A DNA stretch of 64,000 nucleotides from Acidobacteriaceae bacterium (GCA_036404255.1 DASWOP010000250.1:11393-75392), one strand, 5' to 3'; positions 35,797 to 45,415 are shown, counted from the first letter of the stretch. Numbers and translations are program-made. Notes: generated by a model not told the origin, from the letters alone.

Positions 35797-36950
35797 ATGT
35801 CATATTCCTTTTTTGCCCGCGAACTGCACACAGCAACCGAAGTAATCCCATATCCTGTCATCGCCATCGACGACGATGGCATGATCGCGACGATCACCAG
35901 CGACCCTGCGGCCTGCCGCAACGAAGACAGTGTTCTCACCGCAACGTTCTTTGACATCCACACCCACGGCGCAAATGGCTATGACCTCATGCGCGCGGCG
36001 CCCAGTGAGCTTGCACTCATCCAGAAGTTTCTCGCAGAACACGGTGTTGGTCACTACCTGCCAACCACCGTCACCGCCCCAATCGATGTCACCCTGCACG
36101 CGCTGGAATCGCTCGCTGTCGCCATCGAACGCCCAGCGCAAAGTCGCCAGGCCACACCTGTGGGCATTCATCTCGAAGGCCCATTTCTCTCACATGCAAA
36201 GCGTGGCGTGCATACCGCCAGCGAACTGCAACCCGCCAGCATCGAGCTGTTCGAGCGCTTCCAGGAAGCCGCGCGCGGCCACATTCGCCTCATCACCATC
36301 GCGCCTGAGATTCCCGGTGCACTGGAACTCATCGCATACTGCAGCAGCAGCGGAGTGCGCATGAGCCTTGGCCACACCAATGCAACCACCGTCGAAGCGC
36401 AAGCTGGCGTGGATGCTGGTGCGCGCTCTGCACCCATACCTTCAACGCCATGCGTAGCTTCGATCATCGCGAACCCGGGATCCTTGGCGCGGCGCTCACG
36501 CACGACAATCTCTATGCAGAACTGATCTGCGATGGCATTCACGTTGCGCCGGAGGCAGTACAGATATTCAGCCGCGCAAAGGGTCTGGACCGCGCTATCC
36601 TGGTAACAGACAGCATCTCCGCAACCGGCATGGGCAACGGCACCTACATGCTGGGAGACTTGCAAGTCACCGTCGATGGCCCGCGCTGCCTGCTTGCCGG
36701 TACAAACACTCTCGCCGGCAGCGTTCTCACGCTTGAGCAGGCCGTGCAGAACTATGCACACTACACCAACATCCCGTGGCAGCAGACAATCAGGCTCGCC
36801 TCACGCAATCCCGCGCAGATGCTCGGCCTCTCCTCCACAATCGGCAGACTTGCACCGGGAAGCGCAGCCAGTTTCAATCGCTACAACCGTCATGGAAAAA
36901 GAATCGCCACCTACCTGCGCGGCGAAGAGCTCGCTCTGACAAAAGCATAG
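35797..36950 (+). pseudogene. nagA: N-acetylglucosamine-6-phosphate deacetylase, split by a 1-nt frameshift near 36430-36432
   Basis: Track ORFs 35707-36525 and 36450-36950 together are colinear with recalled E. coli NagA. Frame 1 gives ...FDIHTHG...GIHLEGPFLS...SLGHTNAT...AGARS. Frame 2 continues THTFNAMRSFDHREPGILGAAL...LICDGIHV. The sum of the two parts plus 1 nt is 385 codons. Confidence 0.85.
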
Positions 36951-37323
36951 CGAGGTAACCGCACAATTGCACACATGCCGGAGACGGCTCGGCACCCGCA
37001 CAGCGTGTATCTGCCAGACGAGTGCATGGAATCTGCCGGGAAGCAAAGGATGCCACTCTGCACTGGGCATACCGGAAGACGCGAAGCGGCTGTAGCGGGA
37101 GGATACTTCCGCCCGCACATCTAGAGCTTTTAAAATTGTAAAAAAATAACGAGGAATGGCTGGTACCGCCATGAATGATTCCCTGGAAGCTTTCCCAGCC
37201 AATACGTGTCGTCCACTGCTCTGAAGCGCACTTCTTGCCCGTCTTAAACTCAAGCTGCAGGCCTGCCGGATTCTCGTGACCGCAAACAAAACAAGCAGTA
37301 TTCAGCGGTGCGATTTCGCGCAT
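36874..37323 (-). pseudogene. PaaI/hotdog-fold thioesterase-like gene, apparently degraded after the HGG motif
   Basis: The N-terminal 53 aa (CFVCGHENPAGLQLEF...GIIHGG) look like PaaI-type thioesterases. Downstream no single frame is hotdog-like, although a second frame carries RAEVSSRYSRF. An AT-rich stretch at 37125-37150 interrupts the gene, and its 3' end overlaps nagA. Confidence 0.35.
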
Positions 37324-37338
37324 ACTTTTTACGGCTAC

Positions 37339-38770
37339 CTACCGGTTGACCAGTGTCAGAGCACAATGAGCTTCGATCTTCTCTCCGGCCTCACGTGGCC
37401 AGTAAATCGACAGCAATGCCCCTCCTTCTGGACGGTTCGAAGCCGTCACACTTCCTCCATGAGCGCGCACTACGGCTTCAACAAATGCAAGCCCAAGGCC
37501 ATGACCTTTGGAATCTCTTCCTTTCACCCTCTGCTCGAACATATGAAGGCCAATCTCCGAAGCAAATCCCGGACCATCATCCTCCACAATCAGCATCGCA
37601 ACGTCCTCGCTTGCACCAAGTTTTATGAAAACGGTGCATGACGCGGGCAAGTGGCTAAGTTCGTTATCGAGAAGGTTTGCGATCACTCGATGCAGAAGAG
37701 CGGCGTCTGCCAGCACAGTGACAGGCCCAGCGCTGCGCAAGCCCTTTCTCTGACATGCAAGGCTCGTACAGATCAATCATGACTCGAATCAGCCCATCAA
37801 GGTCGACTTCTGTAAGTGAGAGCCTAAGGGCGCCAGCCTTCGCCTCAGCAACATCAAGCGAAGTATTTAGGAATTCCGTTAATCGATCCAGTTCATCAAT
37901 GGCCGAGACGATTGGCCCACTTTGCTCGACCTTTAAATCGCCCGATAGAACGATCTCCAGCCTTCCCCGAATTGCGGTCAATGGGCTACGAAGATCGTGA
38001 GCAAGGGACTCCGTGATGGTGTGCAGTTGATGCATCGAACTTTCTATCCGGTCCAGCATGCGGTTGAGCGTTACCGCCAGGTGCCCTACTTCGTCGTTCC
38101 GCTTGGTGGTCGGAACTCTGCTGCTCAAATCAGATTGCCCAATCCGAGATGCTGCCTCGGTTATATCGAGAACATGGCCCAGCATACGTCTGGTCACGAA
38201 GAATACAATGACGGAACCGAGCAGCACGATGAGCAGCCAGAGACACAAAAAGCGGTAGCGGAGGTTCCTCAGCACACGCAATTCATCTCGTTCCGAAAGC
38301 CCGAGATAGATGTGGCTTCCATCATCGAGCCGTACTGATGCAACTCGAAAGGGATGATTGAAACCTTTGACATTCAAGTCGTAGGGAACGTCGGAAATGA
38401 ACTTGCGCGCGCGAATCGCGGCCAAGTTTGGCATCCCGTCACCGGCACCTACCCAAAGTTTCAGAGTCCCGTCGTCCCCAGCCTGAAGAAAGAAGACGGA
38501 GTCGTTCTCGTTGCTGTTGGAGCGGAGTTTGTCGGGCACCTCTCTGCTTGCAAGTTCTGCCACTTCTCCCACGACCCTGCCGTAGAGGCGGTCTTTCGGT
38601 GTTCGACCGGCAACATCACCCAGGACCGCAACCTCTCCAGAGAGCCAAGCGTCACTCCGCCGCTGAATGTCGTTCGCGACGAAGCGATGAAGCATCGCAA
38701 AAACCAACATGGTTCCAATAGCAAATGCCAGGGTTGCCCACAGAGAAATACGCCATGCGGCGCTATGCAT
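37339..38770 (-). pseudogene. Sensor histidine kinase (TM-HAMP-HisKA-HATPase_c) with frameshift at 37737-37747
   Basis: Track ORF 37664-38803 carries HAMP and H-box SLAHDLRSPLTAIRG up to MIDLYEPCMSEKGL. Track ORF 37339-37776, in another frame, carries KGLRSAGPVTVLAD...NLLDNE...DDGPGF...GHGLGLAFV. Simplest explanation is 1 extra base in the A3G3 run. Start is probably the ATG at 38770. Confidence 0.8.
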
Positions 38771-38777
38771 GACTGGA

Positions 38778-39453
38778 TTAGTGGTCTTTGAGTACATAGC
38801 CAATACCTCGTAAAGTCCTAATCAGCGGCTCGCGGCCTTCTGTATCCACTTTGCCGAGCAGGCGGTAGATATGCACATCCACAACATTGGTGTTAGGTTG
38901 TATTCGCATCCCCCATACTTCGGAGAGAAGCATCGATCGAGTCAACACGCCCAGCGTGTCGACATAGATACGTCAGCAACACGAATTCCTGCGGGCTCAG
39001 GTTTAAGATCTCTTCACCGCGAGAAGCTTTACGGGTTATGAAATCCAGCTCCAGGTCTAGTACGCGAAGGCGAGTCGCTTCCTCAGTCGTAGCAAGGTTA
39101 CGCCGCAAGAGGTTACGCAATCTTGCCAGCAATTCTGCGAGCGCGAAGGGTTTCGTCAGGTAATCGTCACCCCCTTGTTCCAGACCTTTGACCCTATCAT
39201 CGACCGATCTTCTGGCTGAAAGTATCAATACAGGACTGCTAATGCCAGAGCGTCGAAGATGAAGAATCAGGTCAATCCCATCTTGATCTGGAAGTCCAAG
39301 GTCAACGATCAGAACATCATATTTCTTTCCAGACACGAGTTGGATGGCGGTTCGCCCATCCCTGGCAGCATCCACCTCGTAACCTGCATTGGTCAGAGGT
39401 TGCTTCAGAAAACTCTGAATCTCGGGTTCATCCTCAACCAGCAGAAGTCGCAT
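38778..39453 (-). pseudogene. OmpR-family response regulator with frameshift at 38943-38946
   Basis: The receiver domain is intact (LLVEDEPEI, DVLIVDLGLPDQDG, DDYLTKPF). After LCRHAGRV the track frame ends in DSIDASLRSMGDANTT-stop. The adjacent frame reads LTRSMLLSEVWGMRIQPNTNVVDVHIYRLLGKVDTEGREPLIRTLRGIGYVLKDH-stop (38778-38780), a canonical winged helix. 676 nt minus 1 gives 225 codons. Confidence 0.85.
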
Positions 39454-39997
39454 GAATTATGGTAAGCCAATTTGATTCACGATTCGCATGCTTCAGGAAA
39501 CTGCAAGATGACGATTCGGTCATTTTCGTCCACTCAGCGATGGATGAATCGGAAAAGACCAGTTAAAGAAGAGGATAGACGGAATAACGCTCCTGCCGCA
39601 AAGATGAGCAAAGTGGTCGATTTCCGGTCGAAGTATCGACCTCTCAAATGTTCGGCACTGTCAGAGCGCCGAATGCTGGGTTCCGAAGAACACTCTTGGC
39701 CGTGCAGCTTGTCTTGCTATTCCGCAACTTAGCATATGGACAGACTAAATTCAGAGAGCATTCTGGTGATTGCGCCCTCCATGAACAAATCGTCATCCTA
39801 TTCCCTGCCTGTAAAGTGCTATCAAAAGAATGCAGGTCTCGTCTCAAAGAGTAGTCGTTGTATGTTGTATTGAGAATACAGGGCCTATTCTTTCAAGTAG
39901 CCAACTGTCGCCAGATCGTCGTCTCTTCGTGGTCCAGCTTCCCCAAGACACTCACGCGACTTCTAACCCCATAACCCAGGCTGAGGGCCTATTGCGC

Positions 39998-41059
39998 ATG
40001 ACCACGGCTTACCTGAACCGCATCGCCACTGCCGTACCAGAATACGATGTGCATGACGCCTTCGTCGTCTTCGCAGAGAAGATGCTTGGCGACCCGCGGC
40101 TGCGTACGATCTTCCGCCGCATGGCGAGCCGCGCCGACATCACGCATCGCTATTCATTCCTCGATCCGCAGAAAGGTTCCGGTCAATTCGCGTCGCAGGA
40201 CGCGAATGAGTTTTATCGCCTTGGTAACTTTCCCGGCACAGCGCGGCGTATGGAGCTATTTGAGCAGAGCGCCCCGGTGCTGATGCGGAAGGCCGTGGAC
40301 CGGCTTGCTCTCAATGAGAAAGAACGCTCCGGTATTACGCATGTGCTGGTGACCTGCTGCACAGGACTCTATGCGCCGGGGCTGGACTTTGAGATCGTCG
40401 ACCACCTCGGGCTTTCCACGGGCGTGGAGCGCACGATGGTTGGATTCATGGGATGCTATGCCGCGATCAACGCGCTGAAGCTGGCGCGGCACATTGTTCG
40501 TTCAGATCCGAAGGCAGGTGTTCTGATGGTCAATCTGGAGCTGTGCACCCTGCACTTGCAGGAGACGCAGGAGTTGGAGCAGGTGCTCTCCTTCCTGGTC
40601 TTTGCCGATGGCGCGGCGGCGAACCTGATTACTACTCACGAGCAGGGTTTCGCGCTGGACAGCTTCAAGGCGGTGATGGTGCCCGAGACAAGGGGGCTGA
40701 TTACGTGGAAGATCCGTGGACTGGGATTCGACACGCTGCTCTCCGGACAGGTACCAGGAGAGCTTGGCCGCGCTCTGCATGAGGGCGACCTTATGATGGA
40801 GCGCGGCGACATCGACCTCTGGGCGGTGCATCCCGGCGGACGATCGATTCTGGATGCGGTGGAGAAGGGATTGGAACTGCCGCCGGATGCGTTGACGGCG
40901 TCGCGCGAGGTGTTGTCGTGCTTCGGCAACATGTCGTCGGCGACAGTGATGTTTGTGTTGCAGCTGATGATGCAACAGGCGCGGCCGGGGCAGCGTGGGT
41001 GTGCGATGTCGTTTGGCCCAGGGCTGACAGCGGAGACGATGCGCTTCCATGTGGTCTAG
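39998..41059 (+). CDS. Type III polyketide synthase (chalcone-synthase superfamily; SrsA/ArsB/BpsA-like)
   Basis: Track ORF trimmed to the ATG at 39998 (MTTAYLNRIATAVPE). Catalytic Cys in LVTCCTGLYAPG, His in VHPGGRSILD, Asn in FGNMSSATV, and the SFGPGLTAE loop. Confidence 0.9.
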   Translation: MTTAYLNRIATAVPEYDVHDAFVVFAEKMLGDPRLRTIFRRMASRADITHRYSFLDPQKGSGQFASQDANEFYRLGNFPGTARRMELFEQSAPVLMRKAVDRLALNEKERSGITHVLVTCCTGLYAPGLDFEIVDHLGLSTGVERTMVGFMGCYAAINALKLARHIVRSDPKAGVLMVNLELCTLHLQETQELEQVLSFLVFADGAAANLITTHEQGFALDSFKAVMVPETRGLITWKIRGLGFDTLLSGQVPGELGRALHEGDLMMERGDIDLWAVHPGGRSILDAVEKGLELPPDALTASREVLSCFGNMSSATVMFVLQLMMQQARPGQRGCAMSFGPGLTAETMRFHVV

Positions 41060-41774
41060 TGCAGAGATCGACTTCAGCCGGCGCGTTCCTCCGCGCGAAC
41101 TACCGGAGTTGATGGATAGTGCCTGTAGTTATGAGGAGTTCCGTGGCTGCCTGCACAGTCTGGAGCAAGTCAACCGCTGGTTGCTGGGCTATCGGCCGAC
41201 ACTGACTTGGCTGGAGCGTCTACCGCGTGAGCTGCGTGAACCAGTGCACATCGTCGATGTGGGAAATGGCGGCGGCGATCTACTGCGGCAGATCGCAAGC
41301 TGGGCCCAACGACGAAGAATTGCTGTCCACCTAACAGGAATCGATCTAAACCCTTACGCAGCGCGAGCGGCAGCGGAGTCCACGCGGAAGGAACTCGGAA
41401 TCACATGGGTGACCGGCGATGCTTTGGCGTACGAGCCGGAGAAGCCGGTGGATATTGTTGTGAGTTCGCTGACGGCCCATCATATGGAGGACGAGGAGAT
41501 CATCGCGCTGCTGCGATGGATGGAAGCTACTGCCCAGGCAGGTTGGTTTATCAATGATTTGGAGCGGTCGGAGTGGAGTTGCCGAATGTTTGGATGGGTG
41601 GCGAAAGTGGCGGGATGGCACCGGTTTGTGCGGCATGATGGGCCAGTATCCTTCCAGCGAGCCTTCTGGGAGGAAGATTGGGTACGGCTTCTGGCCGCGG
41701 CTGAAATTCCGCAGGAGGCTGTGATAGTGGAGCGATGGCGGCCGGGACGGTTGTGCGTGGGGAGGTGGAAGTGA
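41049..41774 (+). CDS. SAM-dependent methyltransferase (SrsB-position)
   Basis: Motif I VHIVDVGNGGGDLL. The start overlaps the PKS stop by 11 nt (ATGTGGTCTAG). Confidence 0.75.
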   Translation: MWSSAEIDFSRRVPPRELPELMDSACSYEEFRGCLHSLEQVNRWLLGYRPTLTWLERLPRELREPVHIVDVGNGGGDLLRQIASWAQRRRIAVHLTGIDLNPYAARAAAESTRKELGITWVTGDALAYEPEKPVDIVVSSLTAHHMEDEEIIALLRWMEATAQAGWFINDLERSEWSCRMFGWVAKVAGWHRFVRHDGPVSFQRAFWEEDWVRLLAAAEIPQEAVIVERWRPGRLCVGRWK

Positions 41775-41868
41775 GGTCGATTATTCTGAATCGTCTGATT
41801 AGGCAAAGCGATATAACGCTTATCGCCTTTGTTGAGCACCACATCGCGTCTAACCATCTGAGAAGCGA

Positions 41869-42528
41869 ATGATGCCAGTTTCCACTCTGCCAGCGCCGAG
41901 TTCTGCCCGTTCCAGATTCAAGGCTATTCTCTGGGGCTCTCTTGGTCTCACCGTACTCTTCGTCTTCATTACCTCAGAGCTGCTCCTCGTCACTGACTAT
42001 CCGATGTACCATGCCTACCGGCTGCAAGTCATCGCTGACCGCCATCTCCTAATTCCGCATACGCTCGCCGGAATCTTCGCTCTTCTGATCGGCCCCATCA
42101 ATTTTTCTTCACGTATCCGGCAGCGTCACCTCCAGCTCCATCGCATCCTCGGCCGCATTTATGTGATCTCTGTGTTTATTGGCTCCTTCACGGGAATCGC
42201 TCTTGCAGCAGGCCGCCCGGGTCTTCCCGGAACCACCATGCAGGCCGCCGCCTGGATGGTTTGCACCACCGCCGCCTTTATCACCGCGCGCAACCGCCAA
42301 ATTAAGCAGCATCGCCAATGGATGGCCCGCTCCTATGCCGTCACCTTCACCTTCGTCTCCAGCCGCGTGCTCAACCTCTGGCCGCGTTACTGGAGCCACC
42401 TGGGCGACTCTTTATCCGCTGTCGGAGTGATTGCGTTCACACTTGCTTCCCTGCTGATCGTGGACCTCGGCCTCAACTGGCATGAGCTCACGACCCGGCG
42501 TGAAGAATCATCGCTCAGGCGGCCATGA
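41869..42528 (+). CDS. Integral membrane protein, DUF2306-like
   Basis: Five to six hydrophobic helices. HTLAGIFALLIGPINFSSRIRQRHLQLHRILGRIY resembles the DUF2306 core (recalled). Confidence 0.55.
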   Translation: MMPVSTLPAPSSARSRFKAILWGSLGLTVLFVFITSELLLVTDYPMYHAYRLQVIADRHLLIPHTLAGIFALLIGPINFSSRIRQRHLQLHRILGRIYVISVFIGSFTGIALAAGRPGLPGTTMQAAAWMVCTTAAFITARNRQIKQHRQWMARSYAVTFTFVSSRVLNLWPRYWSHLGDSLSAVGVIAFTLASLLIVDLGLNWHELTTRREESSLRRP

Positions 42529-42602
42529 GATTATCAGGACCCTTGTTATAAGCGTGGGCGATTCACACATCGTCCACGCAATGTGGGTTTGCAAAAAATA
42601 TT

Positions 42603-43382
42603 CTATTTCCCGAAACTGTTTCCCTCCAGCTCCGAGCTGACCACAGGCCCGGAACCACCTAGCTGTCCAACTATCCTCACCACTGCAGGATTCTCACCCT
42701 CAAGCACCCACACCATCACATCTTTCGGCTGAAGGCCAACCAGCGGCGCAATCATACTCACGATGCCGCCCAACTCCGGATGGACGCGAAACACCGTTGC
42801 TTTGAGGGTGTGGCCCGCCGTTTGAAATGGCTGTTCGCCCTCCGGTGAGATCAGGAGTCGAATCAATCGGCCGCCGCCGACTGGTGCGAGTATCCCCACC
42901 CGAAACGGCGTCGTATTGTGCGGCACATTCAGCAGTAGCGTTCCAACGAAACCATTCGCAAGGTCATCCGGCAGGGCTATATGCTCGCTCTCGACATGTA
43001 TCTTGCCATTCTTGTCCACTGTGCGGCTGGTCGCCATGCCGGTGGGAGCTTCCACCATAAAGTCGACAGGCTTCGCAAAGAACTGCCCTTTCTGTATGTG
43101 ATGATTGCTTACAAACCGAAACGTGCCCTGCTGTTTGTATGTCGTCGTCTCGTCGTCAATCGACCCATCTATAAAGTGATAGGTCAGGCGCATCGTCACT
43201 TCATCGCCCTGCAAGACTTGCGAAAACTCAACCTGGGCGATGATTTTCCCAGCCTCGGAACGCGCCACCATAAACCCATGCTTTGGCAGTTGGATATGCT
43301 TCACTGCAATCCGTTCTGCCGGCGCTACGGGGCCCAACATTACCCAAAGAGCAGCTATCAGAAAATAGTTTCGCCTCATCAA
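42603..43382 (-). CDS. Hypothetical secreted beta-rich protein
   Basis: Signal peptide MMRRNYFLIAALWVMLGPVAPA. No recognisable motif. Embedded in the PKS cluster on the opposite strand. Confidence 0.5.
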   Translation of the reverse strand: MMRRNYFLIAALWVMLGPVAPAERIAVKHIQLPKHGFMVARSEAGKIIAQVEFSQVLQGDEVTMRLTYHFIDGSIDDETTTYKQQGTFRFVSNHHIQKGQFFAKPVDFMVEAPTGMATSRTVDKNGKIHVESEHIALPDDLANGFVGTLLLNVPHNTTPFRVGILAPVGGGRLIRLLISPEGEQPFQTAGHTLKATVFRVHPELGGIVSMIAPLVGLQPKDVMVWVLEGENPAVVRIVGQLGGSGPVVSSELEGNSFGK

Positions 43383-43545
43383 ATACCTCGTTCTAACACC
43401 TTAGACGCCTTCCGTCCCTCGCTTTATCGGCTCCAAAATGACGATTTGGACAGATTGACGCGCCAAACTGTTTTCTGGCCGTCTACTTAAAAGACGGAGT
43501 TTGTTACAACTTGATTGAATATCCAGTAAATCAGGAGGGAATGCT

Positions 43546-44676
43546 TTGCAAGATGAGGTACTGATCCTTGGTGGTGGAGTGGCAGGCTGTGCTGCTTCAA
43601 TCGCGCTCGCTCGAAAGGGACGAAGCGTCACGCTAATCGAACGCGAGCCCACACCGCGCCATAAGGTCTGCGGAGAATTCTTAAGCGGTGAGGCCCTTGA
43701 AGACCTGGACGCACTTGGTATCAATGTGGCCTCTCTTGGCGCGATGCCACTCCATTACGTTCGCCTTGCTGCAGCCAGACGCGCCGCGGAGGCTCCGCTG
43801 CCTTTTCCCGCTGCCTCGCTCACGCGTAAGGCGCTCGATACAGCGCTCATTGCTGAGGCCGTCGCGGCTGGAGTCCACGTCAAGTGCGGTCGCAGTGTGC
43901 AATGGCTCGGCCGTACAACCGCCAACGTCTGGCAGGCTACTCTCGACGACGGCACCATATACGAAGCTCCAACCGCCTTTCTCGCCACGGGTAAGCACGA
44001 TCTGCGCGGCCACAGTCGCCCAAGAGATCCTCACCAATGGGTCGCCTTCAAGATGTATTACAGACTGTCTGCAGCCCAGACCGCTGACTTGGCGGACGCC
44101 TCCGAGTTGACGCTCTATTCCGGAGGTTACGGTGGCATCCAACCGGTGGAAGACGGCATTACGAATTTCTGCTGTGTGGTGCAACGGCGTTATTTTGCAC
44201 GCGCAGGTCTTCGCTGGAATGGCCTCCTTGCGAAGATGCAGCAGGACTGTCCGCACCTCGCGATGCGGCTTGACGGTGCGGAACCGTTGCTCGATAAACC
44301 CATCACCATCACTCATATCCCATACGGTTACATCCGTCGCGCAACCGAGGATGGGCTCTACTGTATCGGCGACCAGGCAGCCGTAATCCCCTCGTTCACC
44401 GGCGATGGCATATCCATCGCCCTGCATACTGCCCTCCGTGCCGCCGCTGCCTATCTTGCCGAGGAACCGGCGCCGGTCTTTCAGCCAAAACTGCACTCTG
44501 CAATGCTGCCCCAGATGCGTCTTGCCAGGATCGCCGCCGACGGCTTAAACAATGCACTCGCGCGTGCTGTACTGCCGTTCTGCCTAAGGGTCTGGCCCGG
44601 CGCGATGCGTGTAACAGCCAGGCTCACACGTGTCACCCAGCCCGCAGCAGTTGCTTCACAAGCGTTCGCCAGCTGA
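43546..44676 (+). CDS. FAD-dependent oxidoreductase/monooxygenase (geranylgeranyl-reductase-like; SrsC-position)
   Basis: VLILGGGVAGCAASIALARKGRSVTLIERE (GxGxxG-E) and a GDQAAVIPSFTGDGISIAL GD motif. TTG start preceded by AGGAGGG. Confidence 0.8.
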   Translation: MQDEVLILGGGVAGCAASIALARKGRSVTLIEREPTPRHKVCGEFLSGEALEDLDALGINVASLGAMPLHYVRLAAARRAAEAPLPFPAASLTRKALDTALIAEAVAAGVHVKCGRSVQWLGRTTANVWQATLDDGTIYEAPTAFLATGKHDLRGHSRPRDPHQWVAFKMYYRLSAAQTADLADASELTLYSGGYGGIQPVEDGITNFCCVVQRRYFARAGLRWNGLLAKMQQDCPHLAMRLDGAEPLLDKPITITHIPYGYIRRATEDGLYCIGDQAAVIPSFTGDGISIALHTALRAAAAYLAEEPAPVFQPKLHSAMLPQMRLARIAADGLNNALARAVLPFCLRVWPGAMRVTARLTRVTQPAAVASQAFAS

Positions 44677-44732
44677 AGTCGAGTCGCACCAAAACAACTC
44701 TCGGCAGTTCAATCTTTCAGGGAGATGATGCA

Positions 44733-45296
44733 ATGAAATCCTTGGCAGTCGTAGCCCTCGCGCTCATATTAGTTCCAGCCGCACTCGCCCAGCATCAGAC
44801 CTTTGCAGTCAACCCTGATGCCAGCGACGTCAAGATTACACTCAACACAACGCACGAGGTAGTCAACGGCACTTTCCACATCAAATTTGGATCGATTGAA
44901 TTTGACCGCCGCTCTACTAAGATGTCGGGTTCGGTGGTTGTACTGGCTGGCAGCGGAAAGACTGGTAATAGCAGTCGCGACAAGAAGATGAATAATGACA
45001 TTCTCAAGGTGGATCAGTTCACCACTGTTTCATTCGCGCCTAAAGCGTACAACGGAACGATTGCGGCATCAGGCGACTCGACTATTCAGGTGAGCGGAGT
45101 GTTCACGCTGCTCGGCGCTGCTCACGACCTTACGATTCCTATACAGATACACGTAGATAGCTCGAAGGCAACGGCGAAGGCACAATTCGTGGTTCCCTAT
45201 GTGCGGTGGGGTCTCAAGAACCCGAGCTTCATGTTCTGGAAAGCTGAGAATAACGTTGAGATTGATCTTGATCTTGTTGGCCAGGTTTCCAACTAA
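44733..45296 (+). CDS. YceI-family periplasmic lipid/polyisoprenoid-binding protein
   Basis: Signal peptide. YceI-like pattern (FAV.P..S.V.I....H.V.G.F..., SRDKKMNNDILKVDQF). Confidence 0.75.
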   Translation: MKSLAVVALALILVPAALAQHQTFAVNPDASDVKITLNTTHEVVNGTFHIKFGSIEFDRRSTKMSGSVVVLAGSGKTGNSSRDKKMNNDILKVDQFTTVSFAPKAYNGTIAASGDSTIQVSGVFTLLGAAHDLTIPIQIHVDSSKATAKAQFVVPYVRWGLKNPSFMFWKAENNVEIDLDLVGQVSN

Positions 45297-45400
45297 CTGA
45301 TCATTCTGTATTTCACCAACCGCGGCAGTATCGTAATTTCGACCAAGCTAGCCGCAGCTGCACGGAATGGCCCAATGCTATCGGGTTGTCACGTAAAGAG

Positions 45401-45415
45401 ATTATTGGCTTGCCC
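45401..45415. repeat. Degenerate copy (ATTATTGGCTTGCCC) of the tRNA-Glu 3'-end/att-like 15-mer
   Basis: 12 of 15 identical to 46783-46797. Confidence 0.35.

Noticed and set aside
36427-36432. Programmed ribosomal frameshifting in nagA
   Set aside because: There is no slippery heptamer or downstream structure, and three neighbouring genes are also broken. Mutation or sequencing error is more plausible.
39472-39732. 86-aa ORF in the regulator/PKS intergenic region
   Set aside because: No RBS, atypical composition and no motif; probably non-coding promoter or leader DNA.
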